Shown: piece after piece, positions 14,742 through 22,231 of the stretch
Layout of the letters: each line of letters begins with the position of its first letter
Position numbering within the stretch: position 1 is the stretch's first letter
Source: Lysobacter sp. GCM10012299
GTDB taxonomy: Bacteria; Pseudomonadota; Gammaproteobacteria; Xanthomonadales; Xanthomonadaceae
Direction of reading: 5' to 3'
Assembly: GCF_042649405.1 (NCBI RefSeq)
Contig: NZ_JBHRZC010000004.1
Location: 103,127 to 127,126, forward strand
DNA length: 24,000 bases
Translations under genes and position numbers: made by a program
The notes under the pieces: generated by a model
Told to the model about the DNA's origin: nothing
The model's database searches: none
The model's input: the letters and a program-made list of their open reading frames with translations, nothing else

Positions 14742-15185
14742 TCAGCGCGACCAGGGCCACCAGCCACGACCGGTGCGCGCATAGCGGTCGGCCGCGCGTT
14801 CGAAGCGGTTGCGCACGCTGATGCCGCCGAAGACCAGGTACAGCGGCAGGAACAGCGGCCCCAGCGCGAGGTACTGATAGACGTGGGCGCGCTCATGGTC
14901 GGCGAGCACGATCGCCGGCTCGTCGCCGTGGCCGGCGCGGTGCGCGTAAGTCACGCAAGGCGAATCGAGGCTGTCGCCGGTGTGCAGGATCACGTTGCCG
15001 AACGTGATCGCCCCGCCCGGCCCCCAGGGCCAGCGATGGAACACCAGCGCCAGTTCGCGCCGACGCCAGTGCATATGCGCACCAAAGGCGAGCCCGGCCA
15101 GGCCGAGGAAGAGTCCAACCAGCGTATTGGGCAGCGTCCACACGGCGCCAAGGGCCACCAGTGCGCGGGTCAGGAGCGCCGGCAA
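14742..15185 (-). CDS. hypothetical membrane protein with an HExxH motif
   Basis: Hydrophobic N-terminal and C-terminal helices. HERAH (in ADHERAHVYQY) lies immediately before the last helix. The TTG start is 3 nt after the PspC-domain gene stop, so the start is uncertain. Confidence 0.6.
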   Translation of the reverse strand: MPALLTRALVALGAVWTLPNTLVGLFLGLAGLAFGAHMHWRRRELALVFHRWPWGPGGAITFGNVILHTGDSLDSPCVTYAHRAGHGDEPAIVLADHERAHVYQYLALGPLFLPLYLVFGGISVRNRFERAADRYARTGRGWWPWSR

Positions 15186-15188
15186 GGG

Positions 15189-15386
15189 TCAGTCGCCCTC
15201 GGGAACCAGCAGCCACAGGATCAGGTAGACCAGGATGCCCGGGAACGCCGCCGAGGCGATCGAGATGAGCACATAGGCAACGCGCAGCAGCGTCGAATTC
15301 CAGCCGAACCTGCGTGCTATGCCGCCTATGACCCCGGCGATCATCCGGTCGTGGCGGGAGCGGGAAAGCTTGCGGGTGGTGTTCAT
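15189..15386 (-). CDS. PspC-domain membrane protein (65 aa)
   Basis: RSRHDRMIAGVIGGIARRFGWNSTLLRVAYVL followed by one TM helix is the classic PspC N-terminal domain pattern. Confidence 0.8.
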   Translation of the reverse strand: MNTTRKLSRSRHDRMIAGVIGGIARRFGWNSTLLRVAYVLISIASAAFPGILVYLILWLLVPEGD

Positions 15387-15433
15387 GGGCGACGCGATCC
15401 TTGGCGGCGGCGAGACGAGTCTAGCGCCGCGGC

Positions 15434-15814
15434 TCAGGGCGGAGCGTGACGAATGGCCGCCAAACGCCTGGTCAGCCAGGTCGACGAAGGCACGGCCGGC
15501 TGCCCGGGGCAGCGCACCTGGTAGGCCTTGCCGCTCATGCTGCTCTGGCTGCCGGCACGCTCGATGAACTGTTCGGCCGTGGCGACCATGTCGCGCTTGC
15601 GCAGATAGTCGTACTTGCGGCGCAAGTGCGACTGCGCTTCGCTGGCGGGGTACCAGCTGCCATTGCGCTGGAACTGGCAGCCTGAACTACCCATCGCGGT
15701 GATCAGCTGCTCGATTTCCTGCTGCGCCTTCGCCGGCGACGGCGCCTGCGCCTGCGCGACAGTCGCGAATGCGGCAATCAGGACACACAGCGACGCGCGA
15801 AGGGCCAAGCTCAT
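15434..15814 (-). CDS. secreted DUF5329-like protein
   Basis: Signal peptide MSLALRASLCVLIAAFATVAQA from ATG 15814. The SGCQFQRNGSWYPASEAQSHLRRKYDYL block is as I recall for DUF5329. The start lies 7 nt after the SGNH gene stop. Confidence 0.7.
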   Translation of the reverse strand: MSLALRASLCVLIAAFATVAQAQAPSPAKAQQEIEQLITAMGSSGCQFQRNGSWYPASEAQSHLRRKYDYLRKRDMVATAEQFIERAGSQSSMSGKAYQVRCPGQPAVPSSTWLTRRLAAIRHAPP

Positions 15815-15821
15815 GGCGCCA

Positions 15822-16514
15822 TTACAGCCTGTCCAGCCACTTCCCGACCACATCGGTCCAGATCGCGTAGCCGCTGGCGTTCATGTGCAGGCGATCGTCG
15901 AGGAAGAGCTCCCCACGCGGCTGCCCGTCCGGGCCCAGCATCGGCGTGACGACGTCGAGATAGTCGACGCCCTGCTGTCCGCGCGCGTAGGTCCGAACCA
16001 GATCGTTGGCCTCGCGCATGCTGCCCAACAGGGCTGCACGCGCCGGGCTGGGCTTGATCGAGATGAAGGCGATGCGGGCCTGTGGCAACTGCGCGCGCAC
16101 CCGGGTGACCAGCGCTGCGAAATCGTCCCGCACCTGCTGCGGCGTGCGGCCTTCGGCCAGGTCGTTGTCACCGGCGTACACGACCACGGCGCGCGGCTGG
16201 TACGGCACGACGATGCGCTGCGCATAGAAGGTGGTATCGCGCAGGCGCGAACCGCCGAAGCCGCGGTTGATCGGCGCCGCGCCGGGGAGGTCATCGCCCA
16301 GGCTGCTCCACAGTCGGATCGAGGAACTGCCGACGAACACCACGCCCCCGGGCCGGCGACGGACGACACTGTCGGCCTGTTCGAAGGCGGCGATGTCGGG
16401 CTCGAACTGCGTCGAGTCCTGCGACTGTGCGGCGGGAGTGGTGGCGGGCGGTGCCGGATTCGATGCGCAGGCGGTCAGCAGCGCGAGGCACAGGAGCAGT
16501 ACGAACTTGGGCAT
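15822..16514 (-). CDS. SGNH/GDSL-family hydrolase lipoprotein
   Basis: Lipobox LLTAC. Block I VFVGSSS, block II NRGFGG, block III YAGDNDL, block V DRLHMN. The ORF-track extension to 17000 overlaps phaC in another frame. Confidence 0.85.
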   Translation of the reverse strand: MPKFVLLLCLALLTACASNPAPPATTPAAQSQDSTQFEPDIAAFEQADSVVRRRPGGVVFVGSSSIRLWSSLGDDLPGAAPINRGFGGSRLRDTTFYAQRIVVPYQPRAVVVYAGDNDLAEGRTPQQVRDDFAALVTRVRAQLPQARIAFISIKPSPARAALLGSMREANDLVRTYARGQQGVDYLDVVTPMLGPDGQPRGELFLDDRLHMNASGYAIWTDVVGKWLDRL

Positions 16515-16602
16515 TGATGCAGTGTCAGGTGGGGTACCTGACTGTGCCATGAGGCCACTGCGGCGATCTGTCGATTGCGCCGCTTTTATACAAACAGGCC
16601 GC

Positions 16603-17685
16603 TCAGCGCGAGCGCGGGGCGAGCCAGTCGTGGATCGCCGTCGGCACTTCGCGCTGCGCGCGGCTGGAGACGTAGATGCCGATGTGGCCGCCCTTGAACG
16701 ACACCTCGCTGTAGTCTTCGCTGCCGACCAGGTCGGCCAGCGCCTTCGACGACGACGGCGGCACCAGGTGGTCCTGCTCGGCATAGATGTTGAGGACAGG
16801 CATGGCGACGTTGCGCAGGTCGACCGGGCGCCCACCGATGTCGATGCCGCCCTTGACGAAGCCATTGCCCTGGTAGAACTGCTTGCAGAACTGGCGGAAG
16901 GCCTCGCCGGCCTGGTCCGGTGAATCGAAGATCCACTTCTCCATGCGCAGGAAATCCTCCAGCGCCTTGCGATCGTCGAGCACGTCGACCAGCCCGACAT
17001 ACTTCTGCACGAACAGGCGCCAGGGCTTCAACGTCAGGTAGCACCAGTTCATGACGTCGGCCGGGACGTTGCCGAGCGTGTCGATGAAGAGGTCGATGTC
17101 GAGGCCGCGCGTCCAGTTGCCCAGCATGTTGTCGCTGGTGTGGAAATCGACCGGCGTGACCATCGTGATCAGGTTGCGCACCTTGTGCGGGTTGAGCGCG
17201 GCATGGCACAGCGAGAACGCCCCGCCCTGGCAGATGCCGAGCAGGTTGATCGCATCGAGGCGATACTCGCGACGCAGATGGTCGATGGCGCCGCCGATGT
17301 AGCGCTGGATGTAATCCTCCAGCTCGAGGTAGCGATCGGAGCGGTCCGGGTAACCCCAGTCGATGACGTAGACGTCCTCGCCGCGTTCGAGCAGGCCGCG
17401 CACAAGCGATTTGTCCTCCTGCAGGTCGACCATGTAGGGCCGGTTGACCAGCGCGTAGACGATCAGCAGCGGGACCTTTGACATCGGTGCCCGGTCACCG
17501 CGGAAGCGGTACAGCGCGACTTTTCCGTCACGCCAGACTTCCTCGCGCGCGGTCGCGCCGTAATCGACATCCTCGACCTGGTGCAGGGTCTCCAGGCCGG
17601 CGCGGAGCTTGGCCTGGAAACGCAGCGATTCTTCCGCCAGCGACTGCGGCGTGAACCCGAGCGGGCCTTGACCGAATCCGTCCAT
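16603..17685 (-). CDS. phaC: class III poly(R)-hydroxyalkanoate synthase, PhaC subunit
   Basis: About 360 aa, the class III size. Lipase-box with catalytic Cys in LLGICQGGAF. Also VYALVNRPYMVDL, DWGYPD and GGHIG. It starts 1 nt after the phaE stop. Confidence 0.92.
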   Translation of the reverse strand: MDGFGQGPLGFTPQSLAEESLRFQAKLRAGLETLHQVEDVDYGATAREEVWRDGKVALYRFRGDRAPMSKVPLLIVYALVNRPYMVDLQEDKSLVRGLLERGEDVYVIDWGYPDRSDRYLELEDYIQRYIGGAIDHLRREYRLDAINLLGICQGGAFSLCHAALNPHKVRNLITMVTPVDFHTSDNMLGNWTRGLDIDLFIDTLGNVPADVMNWCYLTLKPWRLFVQKYVGLVDVLDDRKALEDFLRMEKWIFDSPDQAGEAFRQFCKQFYQGNGFVKGGIDIGGRPVDLRNVAMPVLNIYAEQDHLVPPSSSKALADLVGSEDYSEVSFKGGHIGIYVSSRAQREVPTAIHDWLAPRSR

Positions 17686-17686
17686 G

Positions 17687-18709
17687 TCAGCGCTTCCCCT
17701 TCGGCTTCGCCGCCGCCGTCGCAGGCTTGGCCGCGGGCTTGGCCGGCGCGGCCTTGCGCACCCTGGCCTCCGGTTCCGGTGCGGGTTTCGGCGCTGGCTT
17801 CGGCGCAGGCTTTGCAGTCCCTTCGACGGCATCGCGCAGGCGCCGCAGCTCGCGCTCGAGCTGCACGATCTTGCGGTGCGCGGAGTCCAGTTCGGTTCGC
17901 GTCGGCATGCCCATCTGCGCGCTGGCCTGCTCGACGATCGCCTGCTGGCGACCGCGCAAGGTCATCTGTGCATTGACCAGCGCGGCATAGGCATCGCGGA
18001 AACGCGGCGACAGCGCGATGTCGGCGTACGCCTCTTCCGCGGCATCGATCCACAGGTCGAACAGCGCCCGCACCGACTCGAGCTGGCGGCCCGGTGCGCT
18101 GCGTTCGCCCAGCTTGCGCTCGAAGCGCACGAAGGCATCCTGTCCGGCCTCGCCGAGCAGGGTCTGGTAGGCCTGGCTCTGCTGCTGCAGGTCGAGCTGC
18201 GCCTGCATCAGGTGCTGCCAGCGCTCCTGGTGTTCGCGGGCGAAACCGAACGCGGGCAGGCCCAGCCACGAGCGGCCATCGCGCTGCAGCTTCTGCAGCC
18301 ACGGTGCCGCCTGCTCGAACCATTGCGATGGGTCGCTGATGTAAGGATCGGTGCTGTCACTGCCCGGCATCGTGCCGAACATCTGCGCGAACGGATTGGC
18401 GCCATCGCCGCCGAGCGCCTTCTTCCAGGCGGCGGTGATGTCGGCCGGGTTCGCGCTGCGACCGGCGAACTGCGCGGCCAGCTGCTGCATCTGCCCGAAC
18501 CAGCCCTGGGCCTGCGAATTGAAGCGCGACACGGCCTCGTCGCCCTGCGGCATGCCGCCCTTGGCAAGTTGCGACCACCAGTTCATGGCGTCGTTCCAGC
18601 CCGGCAGGCCCGGTGTCGGGCCCGACGTCTCCGGCGTCGCCGAACGCAGGGTGTCGCCCCACGCGTTCCAGTACTGCCGCGTCCACGCCTCGAAATCGTC
18701 CTGCTTCAT
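17687..18709 (-). CDS. phaE: class III PHA synthase, PhaE subunit, with a C-terminal Ala/Lys/Pro-rich tail
   Basis: W-rich N-terminus (WTRQYWNAWGD, WNDAMNWW), a central hydrophobic/coiled region, and a position immediately 5' of phaC. GGAGG lies 6 nt upstream of the ATG. The tail reads PAPKPAPKPAPEPEA...AKPAAKPATAAAKPKGKR. Confidence 0.85.
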   Translation of the reverse strand: MKQDDFEAWTRQYWNAWGDTLRSATPETSGPTPGLPGWNDAMNWWSQLAKGGMPQGDEAVSRFNSQAQGWFGQMQQLAAQFAGRSANPADITAAWKKALGGDGANPFAQMFGTMPGSDSTDPYISDPSQWFEQAAPWLQKLQRDGRSWLGLPAFGFAREHQERWQHLMQAQLDLQQQSQAYQTLLGEAGQDAFVRFERKLGERSAPGRQLESVRALFDLWIDAAEEAYADIALSPRFRDAYAALVNAQMTLRGRQQAIVEQASAQMGMPTRTELDSAHRKIVQLERELRRLRDAVEGTAKPAPKPAPKPAPEPEARVRKAAPAKPAAKPATAAAKPKGKR

Positions 18710-18794
18710 CGCAGCCTCCGCATCATCCCCGCCATGTTAGCAAGGGTCATGTTGCATGGCCGCGACGGAGGGCCAGGCAGCCACGGCCGCATGG

Positions 18795-19409
18795 TCAGGG
18801 CTTTGGAATCCGCAGCGTCTTGCTGATCATCAGCGAACCCGACAGGGCGAACAGCAGCACCAGCGGATGGAACTGCCATGGGCCAAGCTTCACCATGCCC
18901 AACCACAGATTCGGCCCGATCGCGCCCTGCCAGGCGGCTACGGCCAGCACCACCACCAGCGCCAGGCTGGTCGGGATCGGCGTGCCTTCGAAGAACTTGA
19001 CCTTGTCGCCACCACCGGACAGCTGCTCGGCCGTGACGTTGTAGCGCGCCAGTCGGCTCACGCCGCACCCGACGAAGTAGCTCAGCACCACCCAGTCCCA
19101 ACCTCCCTGCAATCCGCAGGCGTAGGCCAGCGCCGCCGGGGCGACGCCGAAGGAGATCACGTCGGCGAGGGAATCGAGTTCGCGGCCCAGGGTAGACGCG
19201 GAATTGCGCCAGCGCGCCACGCGGCCGTCGAGCGCGTCGAAGATGAAAGCCAGCGGGATCAGCGCCATGCCGATCAGCAGGTCGCGCACGCCGCCTTCCT
19301 GCAGGAAGCGCATCGCGGCGAAGATCGCGCCGGTGCCGCAGAAGGCATTGGCGAGCGTGAACCAGTCGGCGAGGTGGAACTCGCGCAACATCGAAAAGTG
19401 GCGCGACAT
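18795..19409 (-). CDS. pssA: CDP-diacylglycerol--serine O-phosphatidyltransferase (CDP-alcohol phosphatidyltransferase type)
   Basis: Complete motif DG(x2)AR(x8)G(x3)D(x3)D in DALDGRVARWRNSASTLGRELDSLAD, in a polytopic protein. ATG 19409 has GGGAG 7 nt upstream. The ORF could start as far back as TTG 19457. Confidence 0.85.
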   Translation of the reverse strand: MSRHFSMLREFHLADWFTLANAFCGTGAIFAAMRFLQEGGVRDLLIGMALIPLAFIFDALDGRVARWRNSASTLGRELDSLADVISFGVAPAALAYACGLQGGWDWVVLSYFVGCGVSRLARYNVTAEQLSGGGDKVKFFEGTPIPTSLALVVVLAVAAWQGAIGPNLWLGMVKLGPWQFHPLVLLFALSGSLMISKTLRIPKP

Positions 19410-19524
19410 GCGGTGCTCCCGGTCCATCGAATCCATCAAGGCCTGCCAGCGTGCCAAATCGGACGTTAAGGCGGCAAGAGCCTTGTTGGATTCCGTGCTG
19501 CCCGGTCGCTGCCGCGAGGCCGCC

Positions 19525-21342
19525 TCAGCGCGGCATGGCCAGGTTCGAGGCCTCCAGCGGCTTGCCGGCGCGTGGCGTGGTGGCGATCACTACGTCGGCC
19601 GGCAGCGCGCCGTGGCCGTCCAGCTGCGCGCTGACCCGGTCCAGCGCCGCGTACACGTACGGCAACAGCGGCACGTAGCGCGCACCGTAGTCGGGTAGTC
19701 CAAGGAACGCATCGAAGTGCTGGGCGTTGCGCACCTGCCAGTAGCGCACGTCGCGGCCTGCGGCCTGCGCCTGTTTCACGTATGGCGCGCTGGTGAATGC
19801 CGGCGGCACCAGGCCGTCGTCGCTGCCGTGGATGACCACCACCGGCAGTCCCTTGCGCGGCAGGCCGGCGCGCGTTTCGGCGATGCCCTTGCGCACGCGT
19901 TGTGCATCGGCGGAGTCGCCCGTCCACAACGTCCTCAGGCATTGCAGCGTCGTCAGCGGCGAGGTCGGATTGGCTTCGATCAGATTGACGCCCGCACCCG
20001 GCGGGATGCCGCTGGCGTCGGACCACCACGCGGCGCGCTCGGCAGCGGTCGCGGCGCGCGGGCTGAAATCCGCGTTGAGTGCGCTGTAGAGATTGCCGCA
20101 GGGCATCTCACCCACGGCATATCGGCCGTAGGCCGATGCGTAGGTCACCGCGACCGCGCGCCACAGGTCGAAGCCCACGGACAGCGCACCTGCGCGCAGC
20201 GCCTCGTCGCTCCAGCCATGTGATCTGAGGGTGTCATACGCGGATTTCGCCTGCGTCGCGCTGTCGGCACCATCGATCAGCCCGCTCGACTTGAGCGCGG
20301 CGCAGCGCTGCGTCCACAGCGGCGCAACCTGGGCCGTCAGCGGTGGCTGCGGCAGGTTCTGCATGTGCAAAAGCGCGCATGGCATCAGCAGCGCGGCCTC
20401 GGTCGTGAAGTCGTACAGCGGGCGGCTGCCCTCGCCTCCGGACTCGATGTTGGGTTCGCCGGCGACGACCGCATCGAGCCAGTCGCCATCCAGCTCTGCC
20501 GCACGCAACACCGCGCCACCGCCGTTGGAGATTCCGACGGCGATCACGCGGGTGTTGCCGAAGGTGAAGGGCGCGGACTGCGGGAAGGCGCTGTCGAGCG
20601 ATTGCAGCGCGAACTGCGCGGCCTGCTTCACGTGCCGGCCCCAGTCGGCCTCGGGGTTGTCGCGCGAGTGCGCGTGCTTGAATGCCACGCCGGTCGATGC
20701 CGAGGTCACCGGCTCGAAGGCGAGGCCGTCGCCGCGCGTGCCGGCGGTGCCGTCGGCGCGGGCCCCCTGCCCTGCGTCGAGGTCGAAATAGTCGGTGCCG
20801 GCGCCTTTGTCGGTGTACGCCACGGCGCAGCCCTTGGGCAGGCCCCAGGCGCCGGCGACGGCGATCGCACCGTAGATGCCGCGCGACCCGGAGGACGCCG
20901 TCACCACCACGCAGCGCTTGCCGGTGTCGAAGCTGTCGGGCACCTGCACCAGCACGCGGTGCGGCTGGCTCGCGCCGGCGACCGTGGCAAACGCGCTGTA
21001 TTCGCGGCCGGGGACGCTGGCGGTGCTGCCGTAGAGATCGCCATAGCCGCCACCCGGTGCGAGGTCGGCGATGCCGCGCCAGTTGCTCCATAGCGCGCGG
21101 CGGCGAAGCTCGGGAGCCGTGGGATGCTCGACATCGGCGAACGCCGGCGGCGCCATCGCGCGCAGCCCGGCCAGGCCGAGGCCGGCGCTGAGCAGATCGT
21201 CGCTGCCGCGGTGCTCGGTCATGCGCAATGCGGAGAACATCGGCGCGGCCTCCGTCTTGCTGCGCGGGGTGGACGTGGAACAGGCAGCGGCCAGGGTGAG
21301 AATGGCGCCGGCGAGGACGAGTCGAGCGGGTCGCGTGGTCAT
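19525..21342 (-). CDS. D-(-)-3-hydroxybutyrate oligomer hydrolase family protein (secreted or lipoprotein)
   Basis: About 600 aa. Signal/lipobox-like LTLAAAC. Ser nucleophile in VIAVGISNGGGAVLRAAE. The overall pattern matches my recollection of the 3HBOH family found in Xanthomonas, Ralstonia and Burkholderia. PHA gene context supports the call. Confidence 0.8.
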   Translation of the reverse strand: MTTRPARLVLAGAILTLAAACSTSTPRSKTEAAPMFSALRMTEHRGSDDLLSAGLGLAGLRAMAPPAFADVEHPTAPELRRRALWSNWRGIADLAPGGGYGDLYGSTASVPGREYSAFATVAGASQPHRVLVQVPDSFDTGKRCVVVTASSGSRGIYGAIAVAGAWGLPKGCAVAYTDKGAGTDYFDLDAGQGARADGTAGTRGDGLAFEPVTSASTGVAFKHAHSRDNPEADWGRHVKQAAQFALQSLDSAFPQSAPFTFGNTRVIAVGISNGGGAVLRAAELDGDWLDAVVAGEPNIESGGEGSRPLYDFTTEAALLMPCALLHMQNLPQPPLTAQVAPLWTQRCAALKSSGLIDGADSATQAKSAYDTLRSHGWSDEALRAGALSVGFDLWRAVAVTYASAYGRYAVGEMPCGNLYSALNADFSPRAATAAERAAWWSDASGIPPGAGVNLIEANPTSPLTTLQCLRTLWTGDSADAQRVRKGIAETRAGLPRKGLPVVVIHGSDDGLVPPAFTSAPYVKQAQAAGRDVRYWQVRNAQHFDAFLGLPDYGARYVPLLPYVYAALDRVSAQLDGHGALPADVVIATTPRAGKPLEASNLAMPR

Positions 21343-21351
21343 CGTCGCAGA

Positions 21352-21428
21352 CTAGCAAGGCCAGTCGCGGCGCCCATCGTACTTTCGTACCACGCCGGGC
21401 CCGACACGCAGGTGCGCGCACTTGCTAG
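21352..21428. promoter_or_regulatory. divergent control region with 8-bp inverted arms and a central GTAC-N4-GTAC
   Basis: CTAGCAAG (21352-21359) and CTTGCTAG (21421-21428) are perfect reverse complements. GTACTTTCGTAC lies at 21379-21390. Confidence 0.25.
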
Positions 21429-21438
21429 GCTAGCGGCG

Positions 21439-22101
21439 ATGCCCACCCTGCTGATCGCCGACGACCATCCGTTGTTCCGGGCTGCCCTGCGGCAGGCGGC
21501 CATGGAGGCTGTCGCTGGCGCCGAGATCCTCGAAGCCGGCCATCTCGATGGCGTGCTGGCTGCGCTCGATGCCGATTCCGGTGTCGACCTGGTCCTGCTC
21601 GACCTGCACATGCCCGGCAACCACGGCCTGGCCGGACTGGCCGCGATCCGCGCCCAGCATCCGGGTGTGGCGGTGGTGGTGGTATCTGCCAACGACGACC
21701 CGCGCGTGGTGCGGCGCGCCCTGGATCATGGCGCCGCGGGGTACCTGCCCAAGAGCGCCGGACTGGACGAACTGCGCGATGCCATCCGTGCCGTCCTCGC
21801 CTGCGAGCAGTGGCTGCCGGCGACGCTGCGCGCAGCGGTGGCGCGCACGCAGAGCGACAGCGGTGATGCCGACCTGGCGGCACGCCTGGCGAGCTTGTCG
21901 CCGCAGCAGTTCCGGGTGTTGACGCTGGTTGCGCAGGGCTTGCTCAACAAGCAGATCGCCGACCGGCTGGTCGTGCAGGAGCGGACGGTGAAGGCGCATT
22001 TGTCGGCGATATTTGAACGACTGGGGGTGCGTAATCGCACGCAGGCCAGCGTGGTGCTGCGGGAACTGGAGCTGTCGGATCCGGCTCGGCAGATGGCTTG
22101 A
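21439..22101 (+). CDS. NarL/FixJ-family response regulator (REC + LuxR HTH), ErdR/CrbR-like
   Basis: LLIADDHPLFRAAL, DLVLLDLHMPG (phospho-acceptor Asp), VVVVSAND, and the HTH LSPQQFRVLTLVAQGLLNKQIADRLVVQERTVKAHLSAIFERLGVRNRTQA. The ORF-track extension to 21124 overlaps the hydrolase 5' end. Confidence 0.9.
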   Translation: MPTLLIADDHPLFRAALRQAAMEAVAGAEILEAGHLDGVLAALDADSGVDLVLLDLHMPGNHGLAGLAAIRAQHPGVAVVVVSANDDPRVVRRALDHGAAGYLPKSAGLDELRDAIRAVLACEQWLPATLRAAVARTQSDSGDADLAARLASLSPQQFRVLTLVAQGLLNKQIADRLVVQERTVKAHLSAIFERLGVRNRTQASVVLRELELSDPARQMA

Positions 22102-22115
22102 GGCGAGCGTGTTTC

Positions 22116-22144
22116 CCCGGGTGCGCTGCGCTTACCCGGGCTAC
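22116..22144 (-). repeat. REP unit A (GTAG-headed 29-mer, inverted orientation)
   Basis: Exact reverse complement of unit C (GTAGCCCGGGTAAGCGCAGCGCACCCGGG). Internal 7-bp stem CCCGGGT/ACCCGGG. Confidence 0.8.
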
Positions 22145-22152
22145 GAGGCCGT

Positions 22153-22181
22153 GTAGCCCGGGTAAGCGCAGCACACCCGGG
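22153..22181 (+). repeat. REP unit B
   Basis: GTAGCCCGGGTAAGCGCAGCACACCCGGG has one mismatch to unit C. It forms an inverted pair with unit A across an 8-nt spacer. Confidence 0.8.
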
Positions 22182-22197
22182 AAGGCCAGGAGTCGTC

Positions 22198-22226
22198 GTA
22201 GCCCGGGTAAGCGCAGCGCACCCGGG
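22198..22226 (+). repeat. REP unit C
   Basis: GTAGCCCGGGTAAGCGCAGCGCACCCGGG, flanked by GTCGT / ACGAC. It abuts the kinase stop codon. Confidence 0.8.
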
Positions 22227-22231
22227 ACGAC

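Noticed and set aside
16586-16602. AT-rich TATAAA-like box (minus strand) after phaC as a promoter for the SGNH gene
   Set aside because: I could find no acceptable -35 element at 16-18 nt spacing. Together with the 7-bp hairpin at 16524-16542, it remains only a weak hint.
16515-17000. 5' extension of the SGNH hydrolase ORF to 392 aa
   Set aside because: It overlaps the phaC 3' region in a different frame with Arg/Ser-rich junk. The lipoprotein signal starts at ATG 16514.
21124-21438. 5' extension of the response regulator ORF to 325 aa
   Set aside because: It overlaps the 5' end of the 3HB-oligomer hydrolase on the opposite strand and is Gly/Arg-rich. The REC domain begins at ATG 21439.
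22102-22231. Possible mini-CRISPR array (three near-identical 29-mers)
   Set aside because: One unit is in inverted orientation. The spacers are only 8 and 16 nt and of unequal length. The units are self-complementary REP-type hairpins, and no cas genes are present.
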